In this document: in pieces, positions 25,131 through 37,949 of the stretch
How positions within the stretch are numbered: the stretch's first letter is position 1
Layout: every line of letters starts with the position of its first letter
Source of the DNA: Tubiluchus corallicola
Taxonomy: Eukaryota > Animalia > Priapulida
Direction: 5' to 3'
Length of the DNA stretch: 64,000 nucleotides
Assembly (NCBI GenBank): GCA_030141605.1
Contig: JAQGDQ010000397.1
Coordinates: forward strand, 149,513-213,512
Made by a program: the position numbers and the translations under genes
Notes under the pieces: generated by a model
What the model saw: only the letters and a program-made list of their open reading frames with translations
Databases searched by the model: none
What the model was told of the DNA's origin: nothing

Positions 25131-25760
25131 TCTTAGTAAGATGGAGAAAGTTTAAAAATTTCTTCTTGTCTTTTTCTCGTAGTCGAAATAATGGCAAATT
25201 GGCGAAATTATTCACAAACGTTTTTGATGATGTGAGACTTCCTATTCTAAGTCCAGTGGTGAGGACAGCTTCATGGATTTTTTGTCACTTCAAGAGGAAC
25301 AATAATGCTTGCTGTCCCATCGCCCTATTTGCACTCATTTTCGCAGTGATGTTGGCAGTTTCTCTGTAACAAAGGCGAGACTTTTTACTGGCGCCACATT
25401 AGCGCGAACATTAAATAAAAATATCAATGAAATCATTCAGTTGATTTTTTATCTGTTGTTTTTTTGTGCAACAACTGTTTCAACTATATACATTTTTGAC
25501 CAGGAAACAATCCAGAGAATTTTGATTTTTTGTGAATCCCTGTGAATTTGTACAATAAAAAATATTAAATCTCTAGCAAAGAAGAATTACAAAATGTCGG
25601 TAAGTTGAAGATGTGTTAATACCGTGTAGCACAATGCAGCTAAAATGTCCTTCTCATGGGAACGTTTAAAGTAGCTCTAATTTTCAATATTTTGCATGGG
25701 AAACTTAGTCTTACTCCAAATCATTGGTGATTATTATATGTCTCTCTTAACTGCAGCAAA

Positions 25761-26160
25761 GTATTTGCTCTCCGTCTTTTGTTAACTCTTCCTCAGGGAG
25801 TTTCAGGTTGGCAGCTTAACCAAACAAAAAAGCTTCTATATTCTATTGACATTCTTGTCTGTATTTGCTTTCCATCTTTTGTTAACTCTTCCTCAGGGAG
25901 TTCCAGGTAAGCAGCTTAACCAAACAAAAAAGCTTCTACATTCTATTGACATTCTTGTCTGTATTTGCTTTCCATCTTTTGTTAACTCTTCCCCTGGGAG
26001 TTCCAGGTAGGCAGCTTAACCAAACAAAAAAGCTTTTGTCTTCTACAGAAATTCTTGTCTGTATTTGCTTTACATCTCTTTTTAACTCTTCCTCTGGGAG
26101 ATCCAGATTATCAGCTTAATTAAACAAAAAAGCTTCTCCCGTCTATTGATAATATTGTCT
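25761..26160 (+). repeat. Four tandem 100-bp units inside a larger (about 25700-27270) non-autonomous interspersed element
   Basis: GTATTTGCT recurs at exactly 25761, 25861, 25961 and 26061. Related units occur at 6180-6500 and inverted at about 28760-28880. The downstream part (26870-27270) matches 28960-29580. Confidence 0.9.
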
Positions 26161-28275
26161 GTCTTTTAACCCATTCTTTCCAGTATTTAAACAGGGCACA
26201 ACTAGTTTACTTAAGAATTCTGAAATATGTGAAAACATTTTTTCTGAGTTTAACACAAAGAAGTAAAACTATTCGACTCTGTTTAAAAACAAATATAGAT
26301 GTATAGAATTTAAAGGGTCTTTGAGAGATGTACTGAATTTGTTGGGTGCAATTAGTTGAAATATATCGATATTTTCCACTTCTTGATAACGAATCACGTT
26401 TACAAATCGTATTTGAGAAATTCAATTCATCCAAAGTTTAACCTTCATAAGAAATCCTTAGCTTGGCTCATTTACTCAAATTTTCACTGTGATTCCTGGG
26501 CTTTATCGATCTTGTGATAACATGATCAAAAACAAGTCACTGCATCAGTGAATCCAGTTTGCTAAATGCAAAATGCGATGTCGTAATTTTTATAAAGCTA
26601 CTACATCACCAACCAGAAATATTGGGCGAACAGTTAAGACTCTGCTGTGGTGGAGATGGCATCGAATAATATAACCATATCTTAAGTACATAATAACATA
26701 ATAATTTTAAGCATTCAATCACACGGGTTCGATATAAAAGAGTAAATCTCTAAAGTGATTTGTTGCTGAAGACAGGAATTATCACCCTAATATCAATCTC
26801 CTGCCACCAACCCTGTTTTCACTCGGTAAACTCAATGACATCGGATTATTTTTCAGGACGAATAGTCCTGCTTTTACATTATTTTCATTGATTTGAAATA
26901 GTCTTGTTGTTATTAACAGATGTTTCAAAAAAATCTCCTATACCATCTCGTATAGAATTAAAGCAAAATACAAGACTAGTGATGCAGTTTTACCGCCCCC
27001 CCCCCCAAATATATTTGCCAGTGTAACAAGAAGACACAGATTTATTTAAGTAAAAGGTTTTGTTTGCTTTAATCCTTGAAATTTACTAAAACAGTTTTCA
27101 TTATGCAGCTCTTTCTACTACTTCTCGACATTCATTATTCGATAGTGTAGATTCAATAGATATTTTACCCAAGTATGCCTGTCTGTGTAGAGCGTGGCAG
27201 AGACGTGTTGTATTAGCACACATCGCTGGAGCACTGAGTGTAGCGATGCGTATGGAAGCAACGATGCACATGAGTGGTCTTCTTCAAACAATTCACTTTA
27301 GAAAATTACTCTTTCATATCGAGCCATGTTTGCTCAAGTGTTAGAGCACTTTAAATTCCTCAACTCTTATCTAAACAGCTAATATTGTTAAACAGCCTCT
27401 CCTTTGTTATCATGGCAAAAGAGGCTGGTTTTTATCTGTTTGCAGAAATTCATTATATACGCAGGCTTTGAAATTCAAGTGTGTAAATACTCTGCTATGT
27501 TTTCTTAAATCTTTCCCAGGTATGGAATGCAGGAGGCTTTGAAGTTTAAGTGTATAATTGTTCTGCTTTATTTTCTTAACTCTTTCGATCGAGTCTTTCT
27601 TTAGGCTCTTAGACTGATTTATTGACACAAGATAATTTTAAGTAAATTTCAGAAATTTTTCACATCCCGACACAAACAAAACAAGTTCTAAGACAAATAT
27701 TTATTGGCCTCGAATTTGAAAGCTCTTTTCTTTTCACAGGGGTAGCAGTTCTTGCATGATTGATTTGCCCATGAACTTAATAATATGGAAAAATATTTTT
27801 ATTCACTGCAAGTTTACAGGAAACTATTAATCATTTTAAATGAATGGCAGATAGAACTTGAAATGATGCTGAAATAATTTACAAAAATTTCTCCCCCGAG
27901 CATTTTCAGCAATATCTGGTTAAAACAGTTTCATATGTAACGGTATAAGCAGATTTGGCAAAATGTTAATTTTTTTACTGGAAAAACAAAAATGTACCAA
28001 AATCTTTCTCAGTTCATTCAATTTTTCTTACTTAACTCTTCCCTGGCATCATTCCCAGGTGTTCAGCTGAGGTTAATTTACACAAGATGTTAAAATGTGG
28101 GAAAATATTATTCTTTACTTCAGAGCCACTTTAACCCTGCTCAAAATCAATAAGAGAACCCGAATAAAACAGAATGTAAAGAGTCTTTTGTTCACGTTCC
28201 TGATCATTTAAAGCTTTCTCCATTTTATCCAAACAGCAATTATTATTAAGCTGTCTCGCCCTTTATTATCATAAG

Positions 28276-28437
28276 AAAAGCTTCTAGCCCAATGTTTGCT
28301 ATACAAACACTTTGAAAAGCTTTTAGCCCAATGTTTGCTATACAAACACTTTGAAAAGCTTCTAGCCCAATGTTTGCTATACAAACACTTTGACAAGCTT
28401 TTAGCCCAATGTTTGCTATACAAACAGTTTGACAAGC
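28276..28437 (+). repeat. 39-bp minisatellite, 4 copies
   Basis: AAAAGCTT(C/T)TAGCCCAATGTTTGCTATACAAACACTTTG x4. It accounts for the repetitive 13-aa ORFs on both strands. Confidence 0.92.
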
Positions 28438-31400
28438 TCTCAAATCTCAAAAGACACTATAAGCCTTTCAATCTTAACAAAACATCTTCTTGTGTGTCTC
28501 ACAGGGTGCTATATTATTCCAAGCATAAACTTCCAACAAAAATAATAGAACACACCTGTGCGTTGATAACAAAGCTCTATTCCCAGTGCTCTCAGACGGA
28601 ACTGCATTTGATCTGCAGGTGGCGTGAAGAATATCTAGCGATAAAGGTTATGCACTATACGACTGTTTCGCCCTAGTTGCGCCCTGTTTAAATACTGAAA
28701 AGAATGGGTTAAAAGACAGACAATGTTATCAATAGACGGGAGAATATTTTTTGTTTAGTTAATCTGGAACTCCAAGTGAAAGAGTTAAGAAGAGATGTAA
28801 AGCAAATACAGACACGAAAGTCAATAGAATGCAGAAGGTTTTTTGTTTGGTTAAGCTGCCTACCTGGAACTCCCAGGGGAAGAGTTAACAAAAGATGGAT
28901 GATTTGGTGTAGGATTTTTGTTTTCTACGCGAACTCTTAAAAATAATAGCAACTCTACTACTTTTACATTGTTTTTGTTTATTTGAAATTACATTGTAGT
29001 TAGAGATGTTGTCAATTAAATGTCTGTTAGTATAGGACACTTAGACGGGAATTGGAAATAATTTAGATCATAGAGAGAATATTTTGTGTTGCAGACAGTG
29101 CTCCACAAAATTGTGTAGCGAAAATGTAACCAAAAAAAGAAAAATTTCTTGTTTCGATATGAGAACAAATTCTCCTGCTTCTCGTACAGAGAAATATAGA
29201 TATGTGCGAATTAAAGGAAAATACAAGACTAGTGATGCAGTGTTTACTGCCTCCCGAACCCCAGTTATATTTGCCAGTTTATCAAGAAAATGAGTTTTTT
29301 TAAAACCAGGTATTGTTGGCATTACTTTTCATTCCAGGAATTACTAAAGCAGTTGTTAGAAATTTTCTGCTACTTTTTGACATTCATTATTGGGCAGTGT
29401 ACGTACTCTGGATGGTGAAAATATTTTACATAAACATGCAAGTCTGTGTACAGCGTAGGAGACAAGAGGTGCACTCACATTAATGCTGGAGCGTAGCAGA
29501 GACAGGGTGCACTCTCACACATGTGAGGGCAGTGAGTGTAGTGATGCGTGCATGAAAGCAACGATACACATGAGAGCTCATGGGTAAAAGTGATTGACAG
29601 CCCTGGTGTGTAGCATGCATGTTTAGCAATGGTGGATGCTCCAAGTACAGAATGTCATTGGGTAGCATCGTTCAGCCATCTAGTGTACAAAATCGCAACT
29701 AATGCAACTGCTACAATATGTTGCAATAGAAAATCAACAAGTTAGCTAAGTGAATCAGAACTTCTACGCAACATATTATCACTTTTTGTGCACATGGCAA
29801 AATCTGGCAAAAATGTTAACACTACAATAAAAGCTTACTGTGGATGCATCCAACCACTATTAACAAAAACGGCAATACGGCTTTGATTTGGTGCGATAAA
29901 CATGAATTAAATTTAGTTTAGCCTACTAAATAGTCACATGTAGTTTGATGTTGTTTTTGTTTTACAATAACATTCAAAATATTTGTTCATTAAACAGATA
30001 TATGATTAATAATGCATGAATGTTCCACAGATTGTTTATCAACCTTTTTGGTGTTCAATTTGGCGAGACTGAGAAATATACAAGCAAAAATGATAATCAG
30101 CGCTACACAATTTTACAAGCAAGAATTTCGTGAAATGGAATCTCGAACTAACTCGTAGTTGTCTGTCAAGGTGGAGATAACAAAAAAGTGGTACAGCAAA
30201 AAACTGTGTTGAAGCACAATTTCCAAAGCAGAGTTAAAAACAACTAAAATCATCCCCCCCCCCACTATAGCCCTAACCATAAACACATAGTATGCCATTT
30301 TTCCCTGTACTCTATTTGTGAAACATGCTATATAAAAAATGTTTAACAAGAAACAATATCAACAACAAAAGCAACAAGATTTACAGCTTTTAGAAAAATT
30401 ATGGTGAACTAGCTTATTTTATCAGTGGTTAAAACAGGTTAGATTGCAAAACAGATTATTTGTAAAGTTCTATGTAATGGTTATAATTGAGATAAACTTA
30501 AAAGTTATGTATCCTTGAATGTAAAAACTGCATTTTTTTCTTTTTGACCTCTTCATATGACATACTTAATAAAAATGTCAAAATAATCTCGTTTAGTCTA
30601 CGAAATTGTCTAACTTTGCGCTATACTATTTCTCAAATCTTTCCCTGGCATCTTTTATAAGATGTTCAGGTTTGCTTAAATTAATCAAGAATTTTAAAAT
30701 ATTATATTGGGTGTAGAATATTTACAGATCAGATTAATTTCACAAGAAGTTTAATCTTCCAGAGAGTGTTTATACAGCGCATTTGTTCAAATTTCTGATG
30801 AGACTCCTAGGTAACATTTACTCTATGAACAACAACTGATTGTTTCCATTAAGATTTAGACAACAAAATGCTGCATTAAGCAAACTGTTTAAAATGCAAC
30901 AAAACTATTAAAATTAACATAATTATGGAAATAAAATGTAAAGAAACTTGATGAGTAAAGTCTTGTCTTGAGATTCTCCTGTGCTGGAGATGCCGAGCTA
31001 TGTAACATGCTTACAGTATTGTTTAGTTTTCGGTCCCTCCACAACCTGCTGATGGGTGATTCGACGGCTGATGACACTAAATGATTGGCGTCTTGGCAAT
31101 TTCATGTCAACCGTGCCACATTGTGTCTTTCTAGAGAATTTCTTTTTTTTTTGAAGCCACTTTAGTTTTTAAACAGTTTTTATAATTCGTCTTTTATGAT
31201 GCACCTTTTTATCATTGAAAAGTTTGCAAACAAAGTCATAATTTTTCAAACAAATTTGGTTTGTTTTGTTTCTTAAGAACTTTTCCAGTTTGTTTAAGTA
31301 TTTGAACCGCGAGCTGCAGACAAAGCACACGCCCTAGATACTAAGAGTTACCTGAAATAAGTGATTCTAGTTTCTAATAATTTAAGTCTGAGATATAATT

Positions 31401-31689
31401 CTGATTGCTTTGCAGCTGCCTAACAAAGAGATGCATGAAATTTCACAATAAGCTGCTGTGATTATAGTTGTCAGCAAACATCTTAAAGCTGACATTGAAT
31501 ATTAAAGTAAACAGAGCTGTCAGACAACTGCCTTTTGCCGGATTAAATAAAGAGCTGATTACTCAAGATTCCATGAGAAAAGATTTAGCTGTTTGCTAGA
31601 AATCTCATAGTTTTGTTTTGACTACAGTTTAAAAGGATATGTAGAGTATTACTATAAAACTTGAGTTTTTAAATAAACAAGAACAATTT

Positions 31690-31810
31690 TGGTGGTGGTG
31701 GAGGTAGAGCGACATCATCTTAATTATCATCATCATTATCACTATCAGCACCAGCAGAAGCAACAGCAGCAAGAACAACAACAGCGAGAGTACAGCAGAG
31801 CTGCAGGCGA
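31690..31810. repeat. Low-complexity ATC/CAG/CAA trinucleotide tract
   Basis: CATCATCAT and CAGCAGAAGCAACAGCAGCAAG runs. Confidence 0.6.
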
Positions 31811-32840
31811 CAAGGTCAAGAGTCATGAAAACACTGCTGCTGTGAGAAAGTTGTAGACACAAAAGTTCCCACAATAATTAGAATGTTTCAAAATTTTCTA
31901 AATGGTGTTGCATTAATTGGAACTTCAGTGTTTAGTTTGGTGAGTATTTAAAATCTGGTCATTACCCAGTAGTTCTGCTAAGTTTTTTTTGAAATTTGCT
32001 GAACCACTTCAAAAAATTACATTATCATTGTCAGTCATTATTAAATTCTAGACAGAATTGCGAGGGATTAAAATCTTCCTTTCTTGTAAGGCATAATCTG
32101 TGTGTCACACAGTACTTCAAATGATGCCAATGACTAAATTGAGGACAGAATTATTAAGGAAGCAAAGACCTCAAAATATTTTGTGCATAAATCCACTTAT
32201 AATCAACAATAAGTGAACGTCTACCTTTTGTTCCTTTATTTACCTAACGCCAAGCCAGCAGCAGGGGTGGGCCCGTCGGCACTCGTCGGTGGGCCCGTTT
32301 CGAAGAATAAACTCCCAGGTGCGGTTCGCGGAGACCTTTCATTTGACGTATAGATCGTCAATAATACTGCTGTCATCAGAGCTGTAGCCTCCACGGTTAT
32401 ATATCCATATAATATATATATATATATATATATTGTACTACCGGGCTGTGATGAGATGAAATGTAATGCTGGCAAGGGAATACAGTAGACTTCTCAGGTG
32501 TACATGTGAACGTGGCTTTATCGACCACAGACTCGTTTTCTGCCCTTGTGTTAAGCCACTAGTCACGTGCACACCTGGTCTTATAAAAAGGGAAGGTCTG
32601 CTGCAGACCCTTGTCAGTGGTCGTGTTTTTCATTGCAGCTCTATTCACATTTCACAGGCTTTGCGGCAAACTCCTTTCTTCTAGGTAAGCTGTTTGTTCC
32701 TTATTGGGGGTGTGATATGTGGTAATAAATTTTAATTTCGACTCTATTATTCGGGTTCTGTTTTGGTTAAGGCATTGAACAACTTAATTGAGACATGCCG
32801 CACGCCGCGGTGCCATCTGTAAAAAGCAGACAGCAGTCCA

Positions 32841-32845
<5 letters not shown>

Positions 32846-32871
<26 letters not shown>

Positions 32872-33080
32872 CCACCGAAAAACTCACAACAACTCACACC
32901 ACATCACACCATCTTACCACGCCAATCTCAATACACCATACCACACACACCATACTACCCTTGGAATAGCAAACCAATCCTCACCACAGCAACCAAATGC
33001 TCCACTCACAGCACACCACACATCCACCCACAACACTACACCAACACCATCCCACCGGACTTTCCACACCACACCACTAG
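32846..33080 (+). repeat. (TA)n followed by a CAC/ACC-rich repeat; related tracts at 15790-15970 and inverted at 24035-24135
   Basis: Recurrent ACACCACA/CACATCAC motifs in all three places. Confidence 0.6.
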
Positions 33081-33165
33081 GTAGGAAACTTGGTACGATT
33101 CGTGGTTAGAAACGTGGAAACACAGTATGCGGGCGAATGCGTGGTAGGAACATTGCTGATGGTAT

Positions 33166-33925
33166 ATTTATTATTTATTTATTGACCATGGTCAAAGATA
33201 TATACAAAAAGTCATAAGAATCGTTTCGAGATAGTTGCAACATTTAAGAAATTTAGGCTGATCATAGTCCATAGATCACTCAATGTATGGTGTAGTAACA
33301 ATTAGAGACCAAAAATGGCTAGAGCATCGTGTACAAAATTACAAATATCAGCGGGATTTCCGCTGAAAAAAGTCACTAAATCATCAAATATTAAATCGGA
33401 ATTGTTTCTTAAGATACGTGTTTCAGGGCATTCACATATTACGTGCAGTTCTGTTTGGATTTGTCCACATGAACAGAGTCTTCGCTCTCTTTCAATACGG
33501 GACCAACGACCGGTTTCTATGGCAAGGTTGTGTGAGGAAAGTCTGAGCCTTGACGTTTTTATCCGTTTCAGTTCATTAACATTGTCACAGTAAATTCGAT
33601 GGATAGAGAGTTCAGGGTTTAGTTGTAAGTACGTGACAAATTTCGTACGGTCAGAAGCGCGGATCCTATCTTTGATTCTATTCAGGTCATCATCGATAAA
33701 ATCACCACGGTATCCAGTTATATTACGCAAATATCGAGCACATGGGGTGTTTGACTCGCGACACAAATTGTAAACAATCATAAACGGATCATCAGGAATA
33801 TTCACTCTTGAGCGAACAATCTTATTGAAAAAGCGAGATTGGGTGTCCTTCACAAAACCATTCAGGGAGGGAAGGCCCAACTCTATGAGACACAAATCAT
33901 TAGCAGTTGTACGTCTATATGTATT
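33166..33925 (-). mobile_element. 5'-truncated LINE 3' end (ORF2 C-terminal zinc-knuckle region plus 3' UTR)
   Basis: Uninterrupted 197-aa frame with RLRLSSHNLAIETGRW...RLCSCGQIQTELHVICEC (CCHC-type LINE C-terminus), preceded by RRTTANDLCLIELG. An (AATA)n tail lies on the minus strand at about 33166-33183. Confidence 0.88.
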
Positions 33926-34140
33926 TTGTGTGTTCCAGCTGATGAAAGAACTAATCGTTTTGGTGTCAAAACCTGTACCGTCTGGAATTTACAGCACGAA
34001 GGCCGCACGTTTGAGGTTGTTGGGACACACGTTGTGTATTTTTTGTGTGTGTCTCCACTGGAGAAAGAACTAATCGTTTAGGTGTCAAAACCCGTACCGC
34101 ATGGAATTTACAGCACGAAGGCCGCACGTTTGAGGTTGTG
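33921..34140 (+). repeat. 119-bp direct tandem duplication at the 5' junction of the truncated LINE
   Basis: AAAGAACTAATCGTTT.GGTGTCAAAACC.GTACCG..TGGAATTTACAGCACGAAGGCCGCACGTTTGAGGTTGT starts at 33945 and at 34064. Confidence 0.9.
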
Positions 34141-37100
34141 GAGCATACATGAAGAGTATACCTGTATACTATGTAGACTTGTAAATAATTTATATATAAT
34201 ATTTATATATTAGCTAGCTAGTTCAGTTGTAAAGTTTGTATTATATTTTTATATTTTGTATTATTTTTTGCTGTGCACAGTTTTTTGGGTTTTTTTAATA
34301 TTTTTTTCTGCCCCTACCAAACAAACTGCCAAACACTACTAACTATAACTCATTTTCATTCCCTTCCCATCCATGCAGTTTTTTTCTGCCATGCTGTGAA
34401 CTGTATAACTTGTATATCTGTATTTTTCGGCACTTTATTCTTTAAATTATATGGTTAGTGCAGTTTTTATTTTGCTTAAACATGTATATCTGTATTTTTT
34501 CTGCACTGTATTCTTGTTTTCAACATGTAATTTATAAATTGTGGTTTGCACTTTATATTCTTCAATTCGAACCAGTGCAGTTTTTTTGCTTGAATATATA
34601 GTATAAATTTTTTTGCAGAAATTTTGATATCATGTCTTGTCTATCTTGTCCTTTCTAAAATAAAATAAAATCAGTAGCATATTCTTTCAACTAATAAAAT
34701 ATAAATATAGTTTAAAATCTTAAAAATAAAACCCTATAACCTTACAATCTTGTTTTCTTGTCTATTTTGGTATGTTGGGACATGATTTTGCTGAATAAAT
34801 AAATTATACACAGTATATAAAGTGCCAAATAACACCAGAAACTTGTGAAAAGTAGTTTATACACGTTCAATTATGCATTCAAAAAAATTACAGACAATAA
34901 CTGAATTAAAACATTACGTTGAATGAGTTTTGCAAGGCACAAACTGTGAAAAATGAATTACATGATGAATTACTGTGAGAATTACCACATAAACACGTAT
35001 TCAATGCATGTACTAAACGTACGAAAAGTTATACTATTGCTTATGCTTAATAAATTACCTTCGTCTGCTGACACGCACGTGCTGTTACGGGGGCCCCAGG
35101 TTCGTGCACCGCTGTGGCAAAACTTTTTCACCTCGCACAAAAGTAGCGCGATTTGTTATCAGCGCGCGTACGGGATGAAGGAAGGCCCGAGCATTAAGTT
35201 CCACTGGTTTCGGCTCGAATCCGCGCAAAAAAGTTAACTCGGCGAGACGCGAACCCGCAACCCTTTGCGTGCAACAGAGAAGATTGGGCGGATGCCTTTG
35301 TACTACTAACATACAGGTATGCATGTAGCAAGCGTTTGCTGATATTGTTGAGAGAGAGAAGCTAGGGGAATACGTCAGCACAGTTATAAAAAAACATAGC
35401 CATTCCGACCCAGCCGAAGCTCCAGTAGTCGGGCAGTTAATTAATTAACATTAATTGCCTAATTAGCGATCGTACTAACATTTCATAAGCTGGAGTTACA
35501 TGATGCATACATGCATTATTATTTTATAAAAATGAATTTCTCACATTTTGCGTAAACAAGGTTGCTTGTAAGATTAACGAATGGTGACTATATAGATTTT
35601 ATATGGGTCTACAATAAAATTAATTTTGAATGTGTCTGCTGCTATAGTTTAGGCTTCTTTTCTGCGCGAGGCTATATGTGTGTATTTTTCCAGAAACCTT
35701 ACAAAAAGAGCCAGTCTGACTACGTCAGCCAGTACGGACCCGTGAATTCAGCAATAACTGATATGGTCGCACATGAAATGTGCAGCTAACCAGGTGCTGA
35801 GGGTTTTCAGACAGCCTACTGGATGAAGGCAAGCTACAGAAATTAGGGTGTAGAAGATTGAATACCCATGCTGCTTCATGAAGTGGCCCTATAATTGGAA
35901 GTTTAAATTCCAGAGGCTAGAGCAAAGATTTTTTAAGATTTCAACATGTAGCTTTAGCAAAAAAGAGAAAAAGAAAACCTTAAATTTTCATGTCATATTA
36001 TCAGCCGTTACAAATAAGTCACTGCTTATTAGCAAAAAGTTTTCGACATGTAAATCATATCAAATGAAATCATGTTAGCGTTACTTTTTTCTTGTTTCTG
36101 CCTGATAATGATTTACATAACAATGAGATTATGAACTCTGGAAACAAAACGATGCTGTGACACACTGGGGTGTGTCAAGGCAGGCTTTAATTGGTTCTTT
36201 GAAATTGTAACGCTTACCTCTAATGCAAATACCTCGCAACTGCATGCAGTTCAATTACACACGTGCATTGTTTCTACAAATACATTAGCACATAAAAAGT
36301 TTATGTTCAGCATTTGCATAAATAATATATTCTGGTTGGATAGTTCATTAGCTATTTAAAGATGTTCTCCATTTTTGTTTAGGTAGACAAATAATTCAAG
36401 AACCCATTCTTAATAGATCTGTTTTTACCTGCAAATATTCGTTAAAACAAAATTAACGAATATTGTGTAAAAAGTGACATTTTTCAATGGCCTGTAAGTT
36501 AATCAGGCACAACAATGACCTTTATTGCACTATTTGCAGTCGCACGAACAATGGGAAGTATTTTCTGGGATAGCAACTTCCCCCAATACATTTAACAAAA
36601 AATCACTGTAGCCTAATAACACTCTGCTAAGAGAGACTTTCCTCCGAGATAAATTTTAAACTGTTGAACTGAAAGTAGCGCCTTCTTTTCAATGTAATTG
36701 ATTCATGACCACCAAATTTTCAGATGGGCCCCCAAGATATGACAGAAGGAAAAAATATTAATTTAAAGGAATACAAAATCACTCTTTTTACTATTAGTTC
36801 TTGTTACTAACTTGTTACGTATGCAACAAGAAACCACTTACACATTCTTATAAAGATTAATATGTATAGAATATGAGTCCACAACATGATTATAATCTTC
36901 TGGGCGTGACCTAGAAGAATGTTTACAAGGATTTGCAAAGGTTTTTTCATAAAAGACTCGCCTTCCTCTTGCAATCGTGCTTGATGTATGAGCGAAAAGA
37001 AAAAAATTAACTTTGTATAATCCACTACTAATCTGTCCACAAGCTTTATTATTTAGCTCTATCAACATTGTTATCAGCATAATATATTTCAGTAACTTGC

Positions 37101-37949
37101 GAAGTGGTAAAGATGTTGAGCGTGAAGTCGTTATAATTGCGGTGTTTACAGTTACAAAAAAAATAATTTCACGCTTCCACTGTCACGTCTTACGTCTGTA
37201 AGAATTACGGCAATGAGCAGAAACACAAGATTTTAACAATAAAAAGACATCATCTACATAACACCTGTTTTAAATTCTTTAGGACAATTGTTAAGCTATT
37301 TTTTTCTTAATAGCACAAAAACACTTGTGCAAAGGTAGGTCCTGGTGGCAAGCCCACTCCATTTCCTTGAATTTGTCCTCACAAAGTATTATTAGACAGA
37401 AATTGTATTATTTTTAGAGAAACTTCCAATAAATCACATAGTCTGAGTTAAGAGTTCTAACAAGATCAGTATTATTAAAGAGAACAAATACAAATGTTGA
37501 CGGTTTCATCAGCTGGAATGCTGATAAAAAGGCTTTCTACATTAAAACTGAGTTTGCTGCAATTTTTAAAAAATGCAGTTTCTTTAACAAACCTGAATGA
37601 ATGTACTCAGGTAGTCATTATGTGTAAGGGGTTCGCAAATGGGCACTAAAGATTTTGAGATAGCATAAGTGACAGTACCAAGAGCAAAAATAATTGGCCC
37701 ATTTAGGTTTGTGTTTTTCAGGAACCCCAAATAAGCCTTCTCTCAATGTACAGTAGTTCAGTTCCCTTAACTTTATTTTCAAACACTTAGCCGCTTGTTA
37801 CTGTATCAATTTCTTTACTGGTCTGTTTATTTATAACCTATTTAGCTTTTGTTAACTACTTAATTAGTGCATGATAGGCTGTCCATATATAAACTCGTAG
37901 TGTGTTTGTAAATTTACCGCAGACGATGAAAGCATTCGACCAGGGATTA

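Noticed and set aside
25761-26160. CRISPR-like appearance of regularly spaced repeats (also 28276-28437 and 33921-34140)
   Set aside because: Units are head-to-tail with no unique spacers, there are no cas genes, and the context is eukaryotic.
28208-28676. ORFs with 13-aa repeats on both strands
   Set aside because: These are a by-product of the 39-bp minisatellite; the homologous copy at about 25000 has one unit and no ORF.
35080-35440. tRNA or tRNA-derived SINE (GGTTCG-like box, GC-rich)
   Set aside because: I could not build a cloverleaf or a properly spaced A/B box pair; it is probably part of an unclassified repeat.
36800-37260. Possible degraded glycosyltransferase exon on the minus strand (VVDSYSIHINL, KWFLVA, hydrophobic LVFLLIAVIL)
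   Set aside because: The resemblance to GT31/fringe motifs is only superficial, spread over different frames with stops. It cannot be supported without a profile search.
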